Positions 13,968-27,708 of a stretch of 64,000 nt of DNA are shown here, piece by piece (positions within the stretch are counted from its first letter, which is position 1; each line of letters starts with the position of its first letter). Under the pieces are notes generated by a model. The model was not told the origin of the DNA, did not search any database, and saw only the letters and a list, made by a program, of their open reading frames with translations. The position numbers and the translations under genes are program-made. The DNA is taken from assembly GCF_009914755.1 (NCBI RefSeq), contig NC_060946.1; one strand, given 5' to 3'. The stretch comes from the human T2T-CHM13v2.0 reference genome, Homo sapiens.

Positions 13968-15875
13968 ACTGATCACCCAGGTGATATAAATCTTGTCTAG
14001 GCTCTGCCTACAATGGCCTTGTGACATATCTCTGCACTGATCACCCAGGTGATATAACTCTTCTCTAGGATCTGACCACAGGGTGCTTTGTGGCATTTCC
14101 CTGCAATGATCACCCAGGTGATATACCACTTGCCAAGGCTCTGCCTACAGGGGCATTGCAATGTGTCTCTGCACTGTTCACCTCGGTCTTGTAACTCTTT
14201 TCTAGGATCTGCCCACAGGGTGCCTTGTGACTTATCCCAGCAAGGATTACCCAGGTGATGTACCTCTCATCAAGGCTCTGCCTACAGGCACATTGCGATG
14301 TATCTCTGCACTGATCACCTAGGTCATGTAACTTTTGCCTAGGCTCTGCCTACGATGGCATTGTGACATATCTCTGCACTAATCATCCAAGTGATGTAAC
14401 CCTTGTCTAGGATCTGCCTAAATTAACGTTGTGACATAACCCTGTACTGATCATCCAGGTGATGGGGCTCTTGTCTAGGCTCTGCCTAAGGGGGCATTGT
14501 GACAGATTTCTGCATTGATCACCCAGGTGGCGAACTCTTCTCTTGGATCTGCCTATGGGGGCATTGTGACAAATCTCTGCACTGATCACCCAGGTGATGT
14601 AACTGTTGTGTAACCTCTGCCTACAGGGGAATTGTGAGAGATCTCGCCACTGATCACCCAAGTGACGTAACCATTGTCTAGGCTTTGCGTACAGGGGGCT
14701 TTGTGACATACCTTTGCACTGATCACCCAGGTGATGTAACACATCTAAGTTCGGCCTAAAGGAGCTTTGTGACATATCTCTGCACTGATCACCTAGGTGA
14801 TGGAACACTTTTATAAGCACTGCCTACAGGGAATTTTGACAAATCTCTGCACTGATCACCTAGGTGATGTAACTCTTGTCTACCCTCTGTCCAACGGGGC
14901 ATTGTGAAATATCTCTGCACTGATCACCCAGGTGATTCAACTCTTGACTAGGATCTGCCTGCAGAGGTTATTGTGAAATATCTCTGCACTGATAAACTAG
15001 GTGGTGTAATCCTTATCGAAGCTCTGCCTACAGGGGCGTTTTCACATATCCCTGAAGTGATGACAAAGGTGATGTAACTCTTGCCTAGGCTTTGCCTACA
15101 GGGGACATAGGACATATATCTGCACTGATCACCCAGGTGATGCAACTCTAGCCTAGGCTTTGCCTACAGGGGACATTGTGACATATCGCTTCAATGATCA
15201 CCCATGTGATGCAACTCTTGCCTTGGCTTTGACTGCAGGGGACATTGTGACATATCTCTGCACTGATCTCCCAGGTGCTGTAACATTAGTCTAGACTCTG
15301 GCTACACGACATTGTGACATATCACTGCACTAATCAACCAGGTGATATAACTCTTGTCTAGGCCCTGCCTACAGGGGGCTTGTGACATATCTCTGCACTG
15401 ATCACCCGGGTGATATGACTCTTCTCTAGGGTCTGCCTACAGGGTGCTTTGCGACATATCCCTGCAATGATCACCCAGGTGATCTAACTCTTGTTTAAGC
15501 TCTGCCTAAAGGGGCATTGTGACAGATCTCTGCACTGATCACTCAGGTGATGTAACTATTGTCTAGGCTCTGCTTAAAGGGGCCTTGTCACATACCTCTG
15601 CACTGATCACCCAGGTGATGTAACTCTTGTCTAGCCTCTGCTTTCACGGCATATTGTGACATATCTATGCGCTGATCACCTTAGTGATGTAACACTTGTG
15701 TAGGCTCGGCCTACAGGGGAATATTGACATATCTCTGCACTGTTAACCGAGGTGATTTAACTCTTGTCTAGGCTGTGCCCACAGGGGGATTGAGACATAT
15801 CTCTGCCATGATCCCGAGGTGATCCAACTGTTGCCTGGTCTCTGCCTACTGGGGACATTGTGACATATCACTGCA
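13968..15875 (+). repeat. 28-monomer HOR variant (1907 bp) caused by a 67-bp single-monomer deletion at 15856-15869
   Basis: At 15841 CTACTGGGGACATTGTGACATATC is joined directly to ACTGCACTGATCACCCAGGTGATATAAATC, skipping the GATCTCCCAGGTGCTGTAAC...GGCTACACGG monomer. ORF anchor spacing 14129->16036 = 1907 = 1974-67. Unit phase is arbitrary. Confidence 0.9.
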
Positions 15876-18800
15876 CTGATCACCCAGGTGATATAAATCT
15901 TGTCTAGTCTCTGCCTACAATGGCCTTGTGACATATCTCTGCACTGATCACCCAGGTGATATAACTCTTCTCTACGATCCGACCACAGGGTGCTTTGTGG
16001 CATTTCCCTGCAATGATCACCCAGGTGATATACCACTTGCCAAGGCTCTGCCTACAGGGGCATTGCAATGTATCTCTGCACTGATCACCTCGGTCTTGTA
16101 ACTCTTTTCTAGGATCTGCCCACAGGGTGCCTTGTGACGTATCCCAGCAAGGATTACCCAGGTGATGTACCTCTCATCAAGGCTCTGCCTACAGGCACAT
16201 TGCGATGTATCTCTGCACTGATCACCTAGGTCATGTAACTTTTGTCTGGGCTCTGCCTACGATGGCATTGTGACATATATCTGCACTAATCATCCAAGTG
16301 ATATAACCCTTGTCTAGGATCTGCCTAAATTTACTTTGTGACATAACCCTGTACTGATCATCCAGGTGATGGGGCTTTTGTCTAGGCTCTGCCTAAGGGG
16401 GCATTGTGACATATTTCTGCATTGATCACCCAGGTGGCGAACTCTTCTCTTGCATCTGCCTATGGGGGCATTGTGAGAAATCTCTGCACTCATCACCCAG
16501 GTGATGTAACTGTTGTGTAACCTCTGCCTACAGGGGAATTGTGAGAGATCTCGCCACTGATCACCCAAGTGATGTAACCATTGTCTAGGCTTTGCGTACA
16601 GGGGGCTTTGTGACATACCTTTGCACTGATCACCCAGGTGATGTAACACATCTAAGTTCGGCCTAAAGGAGCTTTGTGACATATCTCTGCACTGATCACT
16701 TAGGTGATGGAACACTTTTATAAGCACTGCCTACAGGGAATTTTGACAAATCTCTGCACTGATCACCTAGGTGATGTAATGCTTGCCTACCCTCTGTCCA
16801 ACGGGGCATTGTGAAATATCTCTGCACTGATCACCCAGGTGATTCAACTCTTGACTAGGATCTGCCTACAGAGGTTATTGTGAAATATCTCTGCACTGAT
16901 AAACTAGGTGGTGTAATACTTATCGAAGCTCTGCCTACAGGTGCGTTTTCACATATCCCTGAAGTGATGACAAAGGTGATGTAACCCTTGCCTAGGCTTT
17001 GCCTACAGGGGACATAGGACATATATCTGCACTGATCACCCAGGTGATGCAACTCTAGCCTAGGATTTGCCTACAGGGGACATTGTGACATATCGCTTCA
17101 ATGATCACCCATGTGATGCAACACTTGCCTAGGCTTTGCCTATAGGGGACATTGTGACATATCTCTGCACTGATCTCCCAGGTGCTGCAACATTAATCTA
17201 GAGTCTGGCTACACGGCATTGTGACATATCACTGCACTGATCAACCAGGTGATATAACTCTTGTCTAGGTCCTGCCTACAGAGGGCTTGTGACATATCTC
17301 TGCACTGATCACCCAGGTGATATAACTCTTCTCTAGGATCTGCCTACAGGGTGCTTTGCGACATATCCCTGCAATGATAACCCAGGTGATCTAACTCTTG
17401 TTTAAGCTCTGCCTAAAGGGGCATTGTGACAGACCTGTGCACTGATCACTAAGGTGATGTAACTATTGTCTAGGCTCTGCTTAAAGGGGCCTTGTCACAT
17501 ACCTCTGCACTGATAACCCAGGTGATGTAACTCTTGTCTAGCCTCTGCTTTCACGGCATATTGTGACATATCCATGCGCAGATCACCTTAGTGATGTAAC
17601 AGTTGTGTAGGCTCGGCCTACAGGGGAATATTGACATATCTCTGCACTGTTAACCGAGGTGATTTAACTCTTGTCTAGGCTGTGCCCACAGGGGGATTGA
17701 GACATGTCTCTGCACTGATCCCGAGGTGATCCAACTGTTGCCTGGTCTCTGCCTACTGGGGACATTGTGACATATCTCTGCACTGATCTCCCAGGTGCTG
17801 TAACTTTAGTCTAGGCTCTGGCTACACGGCATTGTGACATATCACTGCACTGATCACCCAGGTGATATAAATCTTGTCTAGGCTCTGCCTACAATGGCCT
17901 TGTGACATATCTCTGCACTGATCACCCAGGTGATATAACTCTTCTCTAGGATCTGACCACAGGGTGCTTTGTGGCATTTCCCTGCAATGATCACCCAGGT
18001 GATATACCACTTGCCAAGGCTCTGCCTACAGGGGCATTGCAATGTATCTCTGCACTGATCACCTCGGTCTTGTAACTCTTTTCTAGGACCTGCCCACCGG
18101 GTGCCTTGTGACGTATCCCAGCAAGGATTACCCAGGTGATGTACCTCTCATCAAGGCTCTGCCTACAGGCACATTGCGATGTATCTCTGCACTGATCACC
18201 TAGGTCATGTAACATTTGTCTAGGCTCTGCCTACGATGGCATTGTGACATATCTCTGCACTAATCATCCAAGTGATGTAACCCTTGTCTAGGATCTGCCT
18301 AAATTAACTTTGTGACATAACCCTGTACTGATCATCCAGGTGATGGGGCTTTTGTCTAGGCTCTGCCTAATGGGGCATTGTGACATATTTCTCCATTGAT
18401 CACCCAGGTGGCGAACTCTTCTCTTGGATCTGCCTATGGGGGCATTGTGACAAATCTCTGCACTGATCATCCAGGTGATGTAACTGTTGTGTTACCTCTG
18501 TCTACAGGGGAATTGTGAGAGATCTCGCCACTGATCACCCAAGTGATGTAACCATTGTCTAGGCTTTGCGTACAGGGTGCTTTGTGACATACCTTTGCAC
18601 TGATCACCCAGGTGATGTAACACATCTAAGTTCGGCCTAAAGGAGCTTTGTGACATATCTCTGCACTGATCACTTAGGTGATGGAACACTTTTATAAGCA
18701 CTGCCTACAGGGAATTTTGACAAATCTCTGCACTGATCACCTAGGTGATGTAACGCTTGTCTACCCTCTGTCCAACGGGGCATTGTGAAATATCTCTGCA

Positions 18801-21800
18801 CTGATCACCCAGGTGATTCAACTCTTGACTAGGATCTGCCTACAGAGGTTATTGTGAAATATCTCTGCACTGATAAACTAGGTGGTGTAATCCTTATGGA
18901 AGCTCTGCCTACAGGGGCGTTTTCACATATCCCTGAAGTGATGACAAAGGTGATGTAACCCTTGCTTAGGCTTTAGCTACAGGGGACATAGGACATATAT
19001 CTGCACTGATCACCCAGGTGGTGCAACTCTAGCCTAGGCTTTGCCTACAGGGGACATTGTGACATCTCGCTTCAATGATCACCCATGTGATGCAACTCTT
19101 GCCTAGGCTTTTCCTACAGGGGACATTGTGACATATCTCTGCACTGATCTCCCAGGTGCTGCAACATTAGTCTAGACTCTGGATACACGGCATTGTGACA
19201 TATCACTGCACTGATCAACCAGGTGATATAACTCTTGTCTAGGCCCTGCCTCCAGGGGTCTTGTGACATATCTCTGTACTGATCACCCAGGTGATATAAC
19301 TCTTCTCTAGGATCTGCCTACAGGGTGCTTTGCGACATATCCCTGCAAAGATCACCCAGGTGATCTAACACTTGTTTAAGCTCTGCCTAAAGGGGCATTT
19401 TGACAGACCTCTGCACTGATCACTCAGGTGATGTAACTATTGTCTAGGCTCTGCTTAAACGGGCCTTGTCACATACCTCTGCACTGATCACCCAGGTGAT
19501 GTAACTCTTGTCTAGACTCTGCTTTCACGGCATATTGTGACATATCTATGCGCTGATCACCTTAGTGATGTAACACTTGTGTAGGCTCGGCCTACAGGGG
19601 AATATTGACATATCTCTGCACTGTTAACCGAGGTGATTTAACTCTTGTCTAGGCTGTGCCCACAGGGGGATTGAGACATGTCTCTGCACTGATCCCGAGG
19701 TGATCCAACTGTTGCCTGGTCTCTGCCTACTGGGGACATTGTGACATATCTCTGCACTGATCTCCCAGGTGCTGTAACTTTAGTCTAGGCTCTGGCTACA
19801 CGGCATTGTGACATATCACTGCACTGATCACCCAGGTGATATAAATCTTGTCTAGGCTCTGCCTACAATGGCCTTGTGACATATCTCTGCACTGATCACC
19901 CAGGTGATATAACTCTTCTCTAGGATCTGACCACAGGGTGCTTTGTGGCATTTCCCTGCAATGATCACCCAGGTGATATACCACTTGCCAAGGCTCTGCC
20001 TACAGGGGCATTGCAATGTGTCTCTGCACTGTTCACCTCGGTCTTGTAACTCTTTTCTAGGATCTGCCCACAGGGTGCCTTGTGACTTATCCCAGCAAGG
20101 ATTACCCAGGTGATGTACCTCTCATCAAGGCTCTGCCTACAGGCACATTGCGATGTATCTCTGCACTGATCACCTAGGTCATGTAACTTTTGCCTAGGCT
20201 CTGCCTACGATGGCATTGTGACATATCTCTGCACTAATCATCCAAGTGATGTAACCCTTGTCTAGGATCTGCCTAAATTAACGTTGTGACATAACCCTGT
20301 ACTGATCATCCAGGTGATGGGGCTCTTGTCTAGGCTCTGCCTAAGGGGGCATTGTGACATATTTCTGCATTGATCACCCAGGTGGCGAACTCTTCTCTTG
20401 GATCTGCCTATGGGGGCATTGTGACAAATCTCTGCACTGATCACCCAGGTGATGTAACTGTTGTGTAACCTCTGCCTACAGGGGAATTGTGAGAGATCTC
20501 GCCACTGATCACCCAAGTGATGTAACCATTGTCTAGGCTTTGCGTACAGGGGGCTTTGTGACATACCTTTGCACTGATCACCCAGGTGATGTAACACATC
20601 TAAGTTCGGCCTAAAGGAGCTTTGTGACATATCTCTGCACTGATCACTTAGGTGATGGAACACTTTTATAAGCACTGCGTACAGGGAATTTTGACAAATC
20701 TCTGCACTGATCACCTAGGTGATGTAACGCTTGTCTACCCTCTGTCCAACGGGGCATTGTGAAATATCTCTGCACTGATCACCCAGGTGATTCAACTCTT
20801 GACTAGGATCTGCCTACAGAGGTTATTGTGAAATATCTCTGCACTGATAAACTAGGTTGTGTAATCCTTATCGAAGCTCTGCCTACAGGGGCGTTTTCAC
20901 ATATCCCTGAAGTGATGACAAAGGTGATGTAACCCTTGCCTAGGCTTTGCCTACAGGGGACATAGGACATATATCTGCACTGATCACCCAGGTGATGCAA
21001 CTCTAGCCTAGGCTTTGCCTACAGGGGACATTGTGACATATCCCTTCAATGATCACCCATGTGATGCAACTCTTGCCTAGGCTTTGCCTACAGGGGACAT
21101 TGTGACATATCTCTGCACTGATCTCCCAGGTGCTGTAACATTAATCTAGACTCTGGCTACACGGCATTGTGACATATCACTGCACTGATCAACCAGGTGA
21201 TATAACTCTTGTCTAGGCCCTGCCTACAGGGGGCTTGTGACATATCTCTGCACTGATCACCCAGGTGATATAACTCTTCTCTAGGATCTGCCTACAGGGT
21301 GCTTTGCGACATATCCCTGCAATGATCACCCAGGTGATCTAACTCTTGTTTAAGCTCTGCCTAAAGGGGCATTGTGACAGACCTCTGCACTGATCACTCA
21401 GGTGATGTAACTATTGTCTAGGCTCTGCTTAAAGGGGCCTTGTCACATACCTCTGCACTGATCACCCAGGTGATGTAACTCTTGTCTAGCCTCTGCTTTC
21501 ACGGCATATTGTGACATATCTATGCGCCGATCACCTTAGTGATGTAACACTTGTGTAGGCTCGGCCTACAGGGGAATATTGACATATCTCTGCACTGTTA
21601 ACCTAGGTGATTTAACTCTTGTCTAGGCTGTGCCCACAGGGGGATTGAGACATGTCTCTGCACTGATCCCGAGGTGATCCAACTGTTGCCTGGTCTCTGC
21701 CTACTGGGGACATTGTGACATATCTCTGCACTGATCTCCCAGGTGCTGTAACTTTAGTCTCGGCTCTGGCTACACGGCATTGTGACATATCACTGCACTG

Positions 21801-24800
21801 ATCACCCAGGTGATATAAATCTTGTCTAGGCTCTGCCTACAATGGCCTTGTGACATATCTCTCCACTGATCACCCAGGTGATATAACTCTTTTCTAGGAT
21901 CTGACCACAGGGTGCTTTGTGGCGTTTCCCTGCAATGATCACCCAGGTGATATACCACTTGCCAAGGCTCTGCTTACAGGGGCATTGCAATGTATCTCTG
22001 CACTGATCACCTAGGTCTTGTAGCTATTTTCTAGGATCTGCCTACAGGGTGCTTTGTGACGGGTCCCATCAAGGATTACCCAGGTGATGTACCTCTCATC
22101 AAGGCTCTGCCTACAGGCACATTGCGATATATCTCTGCACTGATCACCTAGGTCACGTAACTTTTGTCTAGGCTCTACCTACGATGGTATTGTGACATAT
22201 CTCTGCACTAATCATCCAAGTGATGTAACACTTGTCTAGGATGTGCCTAAATTAACTTTTTGACATAACCCTGTACTGATCATCCAGGTGATGGGGCTTT
22301 TGTCTAGGCTCTGCCTAAGGGGGCATTGTGACATATTTCTGCATTGATCACCCAGGTGGCGAACTCTTCTCTTGGATCTGCCTATGGGGGCATTGTGACA
22401 AATCTCTGCACTGATCACCCAGGTGATGTAACTGTTGTGTTACCTCTGTCTACAGGGGAATTGTGAGAGATCTCGCCACTGATCACCCAAGTGATGTAAC
22501 CATTGTCTAGGCTTTGCGTACAGGGTGCTTTGTGACATACCTTTGCACTGATCACCCAGGTGATGTAACACATCTAAGTTCGGCCTAAAGGAGCTTTGTG
22601 ACATATCTCTGCACTGATCACTTAGGTGATGGAACACTTTTATAAGCACTGCCTACAGGGAATTTTGACAAATCTCTGCACTGATCACCTAGGTGATGTA
22701 ACGCTTGTCTACCCTCTGTCCAACGGGGCATTGTGAAATATCTCTGCACTGATCACCCAGGTGATTCAACTCTTGACTAGGATCTGCCTACAGAGGTTAT
22801 TGTGAAATATCTCTGCACTGATAAACTAGGTGGTGTAATCCTTATGGAAGCTCTGCCTACAGGGGCGTTTTCACATATCCCTGAAGTGATGACAAAGGTG
22901 ATGTAACCCTTGCTTAGGCTTTGCCTACAGGGGACATAGGACATATATCTGCACTGATCACCCAGGTGATGCAACTCTAGCCTAGGCTTTGCCTACAGGG
23001 GACATTGTGACATCTCGCTTCAATGATCACCCATGTGATGCAACTCTTGCCTTGGCTTTGACTACAGGGGACATTGTGACATATCTCTGCACTGATCTCC
23101 CAGGTGCTGTAACGTTAGTCTAGACTCTGGCTACACGACATTGTGACATATCACTGCACTAATCAACCAGGTGATATAACTCTTGTCTAGGCCCTGCCTA
23201 CAGGGGGCTTGTGACATATCTCTGCACTGATCACCCGGGTGATATAACTCTTCTCTAGGGTCTGCCTACAGGGTGCTTTGCGACATATCCCTGCAATGAT
23301 CACCCAGGTGATCTAACTCTTGTTTAAGCTCTGCCTAAAGGGGCATTGTGACAGATCTCTGCACTGATCACTCAGGTGATGTAACTATTGTCTAGGCTCT
23401 GCTTAAAGGGGCCTTGTCACATACCTCTGCACTGATCACCCAGGTGATGTAACTCTTGTCTAGCCTCTGCTTTCACGGCATATTGTGACATATCTATGCG
23501 CTGATCACCTTAGTGATGTAACACTTGTGTAGGCTCGGCCTACAGGGGAATATTGACATATCTCTGCACTGTTAACCGAGGTGATTTAACTCTTGTCTAG
23601 GCTGTGCCCACAGGGGGATTGAGACATATCTCTGCCATGATCCCGAGGTGATCCAACTGTTGCCTGGTCTCTGCCTACTGGGGACATTTTGACATATCTC
23701 TGCACTGATCTCCCAGGTGCTGTAATTTTAGTCTAGGCTCTGGCTACACGGCATTGTGACATATCACTGCACTGATCACCCAGGTGATATAAATCTTGTC
23801 TAGGCTCTGCCTACAATGGCCTTGTGACATATCTCTGCACTGATCACCCAGGTGATATAACTCTTCTCTAGGATCCGACCACAGGGTGCTTTGTGGCATT
23901 TCCCTGCATTGATCACCCAGGTGATATACCACTTGCCAAGGCTCTGCCTACAGGGGCATTGCAATGTATCTCTGCACTGATCACCTCGGTCTTGTAACTC
24001 TTTTCTAGGATCTGCCCACAGGGTGCCTTGTGACGTATCCCAGCAAGGATTACCCAGGTGATGTACCTCTCATCAAGGCTCTGCCTACAGGCACATTGCG
24101 ATGTATCTCTGCACTGATCACCTAGGTCATGTAACTTTTGTCTGGGCTCTGCCTACGATGGCATTGTGACATATATCTGCACTAATCATCCAAGTGATAT
24201 AACCCTTGTCTAGGATCTGCCTAAATTTACTTTGTGACATAACCCTGTACTGATCATCCAGGTGATGGGGCTTTTGTCTAGGCTCTGCCTAAGGGGGCAT
24301 TGTGACATATTTCTGCATTGATCACCCAGGTGGCGAACTCTTCTCTTGGATCTGCCTATGGGGGCATTGTGGTAAATCTCTGCACTCATCACCCAGGTGA
24401 TGTAACTGTTGTGTAACCTCTGCCTACAGGGGAATTGTGAGAGATCTCGCCACTGATCACCCAAGTGATGTAACCATTGTCTAGGCTTTGCGTACAGGGG
24501 GCTTTGTGACATACCTTTGCACTGATCACCCAGGTGATGTAACACATCTAAGTTCGGCCTAAAGGAGCTTTGTGACATATCTCTGCACTGATCACTTAGG
24601 TGATGGAACACTTTTATAAGCACTGCCTACAGGGAATTTTGACAAATCTCTGCACTGATCACCTAGGTGATGTAATGCTTGTCTACCCTCTGTCCAACGG
24701 GGCATTGTGAAATATCTCTGCACTGATCACCCAGGTGATTCAACTCTTGACTAGGATCTGCCTACAGAGGTTATTGTGAAATATCTCTGCACTGATAAAC

Positions 24801-27708
24801 TAGGTGGTGTAATACTTATCGAAGCTCTGCCTACAGGTGCGTTTTCACATATCCCTGAAGTGATGACAAAGGTGATGTAACCCTTGCCTAGGCTTTGCCT
24901 ACAGGGGACATAGGACATATATCTGCACTGATCACCCAGGTGATGCAACTCTAGCCTAGGCTTTGCCTACAGGGGACATTGTGACATATCGCTTCAATGA
25001 TCACCCATGTGATGCAACACTTGCCTAGGCTTTGCCTACAGGGGACATTGTGACATATCTCTGCACTGATCTCCCAGGTGCTGCAACATTAATCTAGAGT
25101 CTGGCTACACGGCATTGTGACATATCACTGCACTGATCAACCAGGTGATATAACTCTTGTCTAGGTCCTGCCTACAGAGGGCTTGTGACATATCTCTGCA
25201 CTGATCACCCAGGTGATATAACTCTTCTCTAGGATCTGCCTACAGGGTGCTTTGCGACATATCCCTGCAATGATAACCCAGGTGATCTAACTCTTGTTTA
25301 AGCTCTGCCTAAAGGGGCATTGTGACAGACCTGTGCACTGATCACTAAGGTGATGTAACTATTGTCTAGGCTCTGCTTAAAGGGGCCTTGTCACATACCT
25401 CTGCACTGATAACCCAGGTGATGTAACTCTTGTCTAGCCTCTGCTTTCACGGCATATTGTGACATATCCATGCGCAGATCACCTTAGTGATGTAACAGTT
25501 GTGTAGGCTCGGCCTACAGGGGAATATTGACATATCTCTGCACTGTTAACCGAGGTGATTTAACTCTTGTCTAGGCTGTGCCCACAGGGGGATTGAGACA
25601 TGTCTCTGCACTGATCCCGAGGTGATCCAACTGTTGCCTGGTCTCTGCCTACTGGGGACATTGTGACATATCTCTGCACTGATCTCCCAGGTGCTGTAAC
25701 TTTAGTCTAGGCTCTGGCTACACGGCATTGTGACATATCACTGCACTGATCACCCAGGTGATATAAATCTTGTCTAGGCTCTGCCTACAATGGCCTTGTG
25801 ACATATCTCTGCACTGATCACCCAGGTGATATAACTCTTCTCTAGGATCTGACCACAGGGTGCTTTGTGGCATTTCCCTGCAATGATCACCCAGGTGATA
25901 TACCACTTGCCAAGGCTCTGCCTACAGGGGCATTGCAATGTATCTCTGCACTGATCACCTCGGTCTTGTAACTCTTTTCTAGGACCTGCCCACCGGGTGC
26001 CTTGTGACGTATCCCAGCAAGGATTACCCAGGTGATGTACCTCTCATCAAGGCTCTGCCTACAGGCACATTGCGATGTATCTCTGCACTGATCACCTAGG
26101 TCATGTAACATTTGTCTAGGCTCTGCCTACGATGGCATTGTGACATATCTCTGCACTAATCATCCAAGTGATGTAACCCTTGTCTAGGATCTGCCTAAAT
26201 TAACTTTGTGACATAACCCTGTACTGATCATCCAGGTGATGGGGCTTTTGTCTAGGCTCTGCCTAATGGGGCATTGTGACATATTTCTCCATTGATCACC
26301 CAGGTGGCGAACTCTTCTCTTGGATCTGCCTATGGGGGCATTGTGACAAATCTCTGCACTGATCATCCAGGTGATGTAACTGTTGTGTTACCTCTGTCTA
26401 CAGGGGAATTGTGAGAGATCTCGCCACTGATCACCCAAGTGATGTAACCATTGTCTAGGCTTTGCGTACAGGGTGCTTTGTGACATACCTTTGCACTGAT
26501 CACCCAGGTGATGTAACACATCTAAGTTCGGCCTAAAGGAGCTTTGTGACATATCTCTGCACTGATCACTTAGGTGATGGAACACTTTTATAAGCACTGC
26601 CTACAGGGAATTTTGACAAATCTCTGCACTGATCACCTAGGTGATGTAACGCTTGTCTACCCTCTGTCCAACGGGGCATTGTGAAATATCTCTGCACTGA
26701 TCACCCAGGTGATTCAACTCTTGACTAGGATCTGCCTACAGAGGTTATTGTGAAATATCTCTGCACTGATAAACTAGGTGGTGTAATCCTTATGGAAGCT
26801 CTGCCTACAGGGGCGTTTTCACATATCCCTGAAGTGATGACAAAGGTGATGTAACCCTTGCTTAGGCTTTAGCTACAGGGGACATAGGACATATATCTGC
26901 ACTGATCACCCAGGTGGTGCAACTCTAGCCTAGGCTTTGCCTACAGGGGACATTGTGACATCTCGCTTCAATGATCACCCATGTGATGCAACTCTTGCCT
27001 AGGCTTTTCCTACAGGGGACATTGTGACATATCTCTGCACTGATCTCCCAGGTGCTGCAACATTAGTCTAGACTCTGGATACACGGCATTGTGACATATC
27101 ACTGCACTGATCAACCAGGTGATATAACTCTTGTCTAGGCCCTGCCTCCAGGGGTCTTGTGACATATCTCTGTACTGATCACCCAGGTGATATAACTCTT
27201 CTCTAGGATCTGCCTACAGGGTGCTTTGCGACATATTCCTGCAAAGATCACCCAGGTGATCTAACACTTGTTTAAGCTCTGCCTAAAGGGGCATTTTGAC
27301 AGACCTCTGCACTGATCACTCAGGTGATGTAACTATTGTCTAGGCTCTGCTTAAACGGGCCTTGTCACATACCTCTGCACTGATCACCCAGGTGATGTAA
27401 CTCTTGTCTAGACTCTGCTTTCACGGCATATTGTGACATATCTATGCGCTGATCACCTTAGTGATGTAACACTTGTGTAGGCTCGGCCTACAGGGGAATA
27501 TTGACATATCTCTGCACTGTTAACCGAGGTGATTTAACTCTTGTCTAGGCTGTGCCCACAGGGGGATTGAGACATGTCTCTGCACTGATCCCGAGGTGAT
27601 CCAACTGTTGCCTGGTCTCTGCCTACTGGGGACATTGTGACATATCTCTGCACTGATCTCCCAGGTGCTGTAACTTTAGTCTAGGCTCTGGCTACACGGC
27701 ATTGTGAC

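Larger units (their letters stand above)
1..27678 (+). repeat. HOR subfamily A domain (~14 units, modal period 1974 bp)
   Basis: Diagnostic states: GGTGATATAAATCTTG, TTTGTGGCATTTCCC, CACCTCGGTCTTGTAAC, GATGGAACACTTTTATAAGC, GGGGACATAGGAC, CTGTTAACCGAGG, CTTTCACGGC. Confidence 0.9.
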
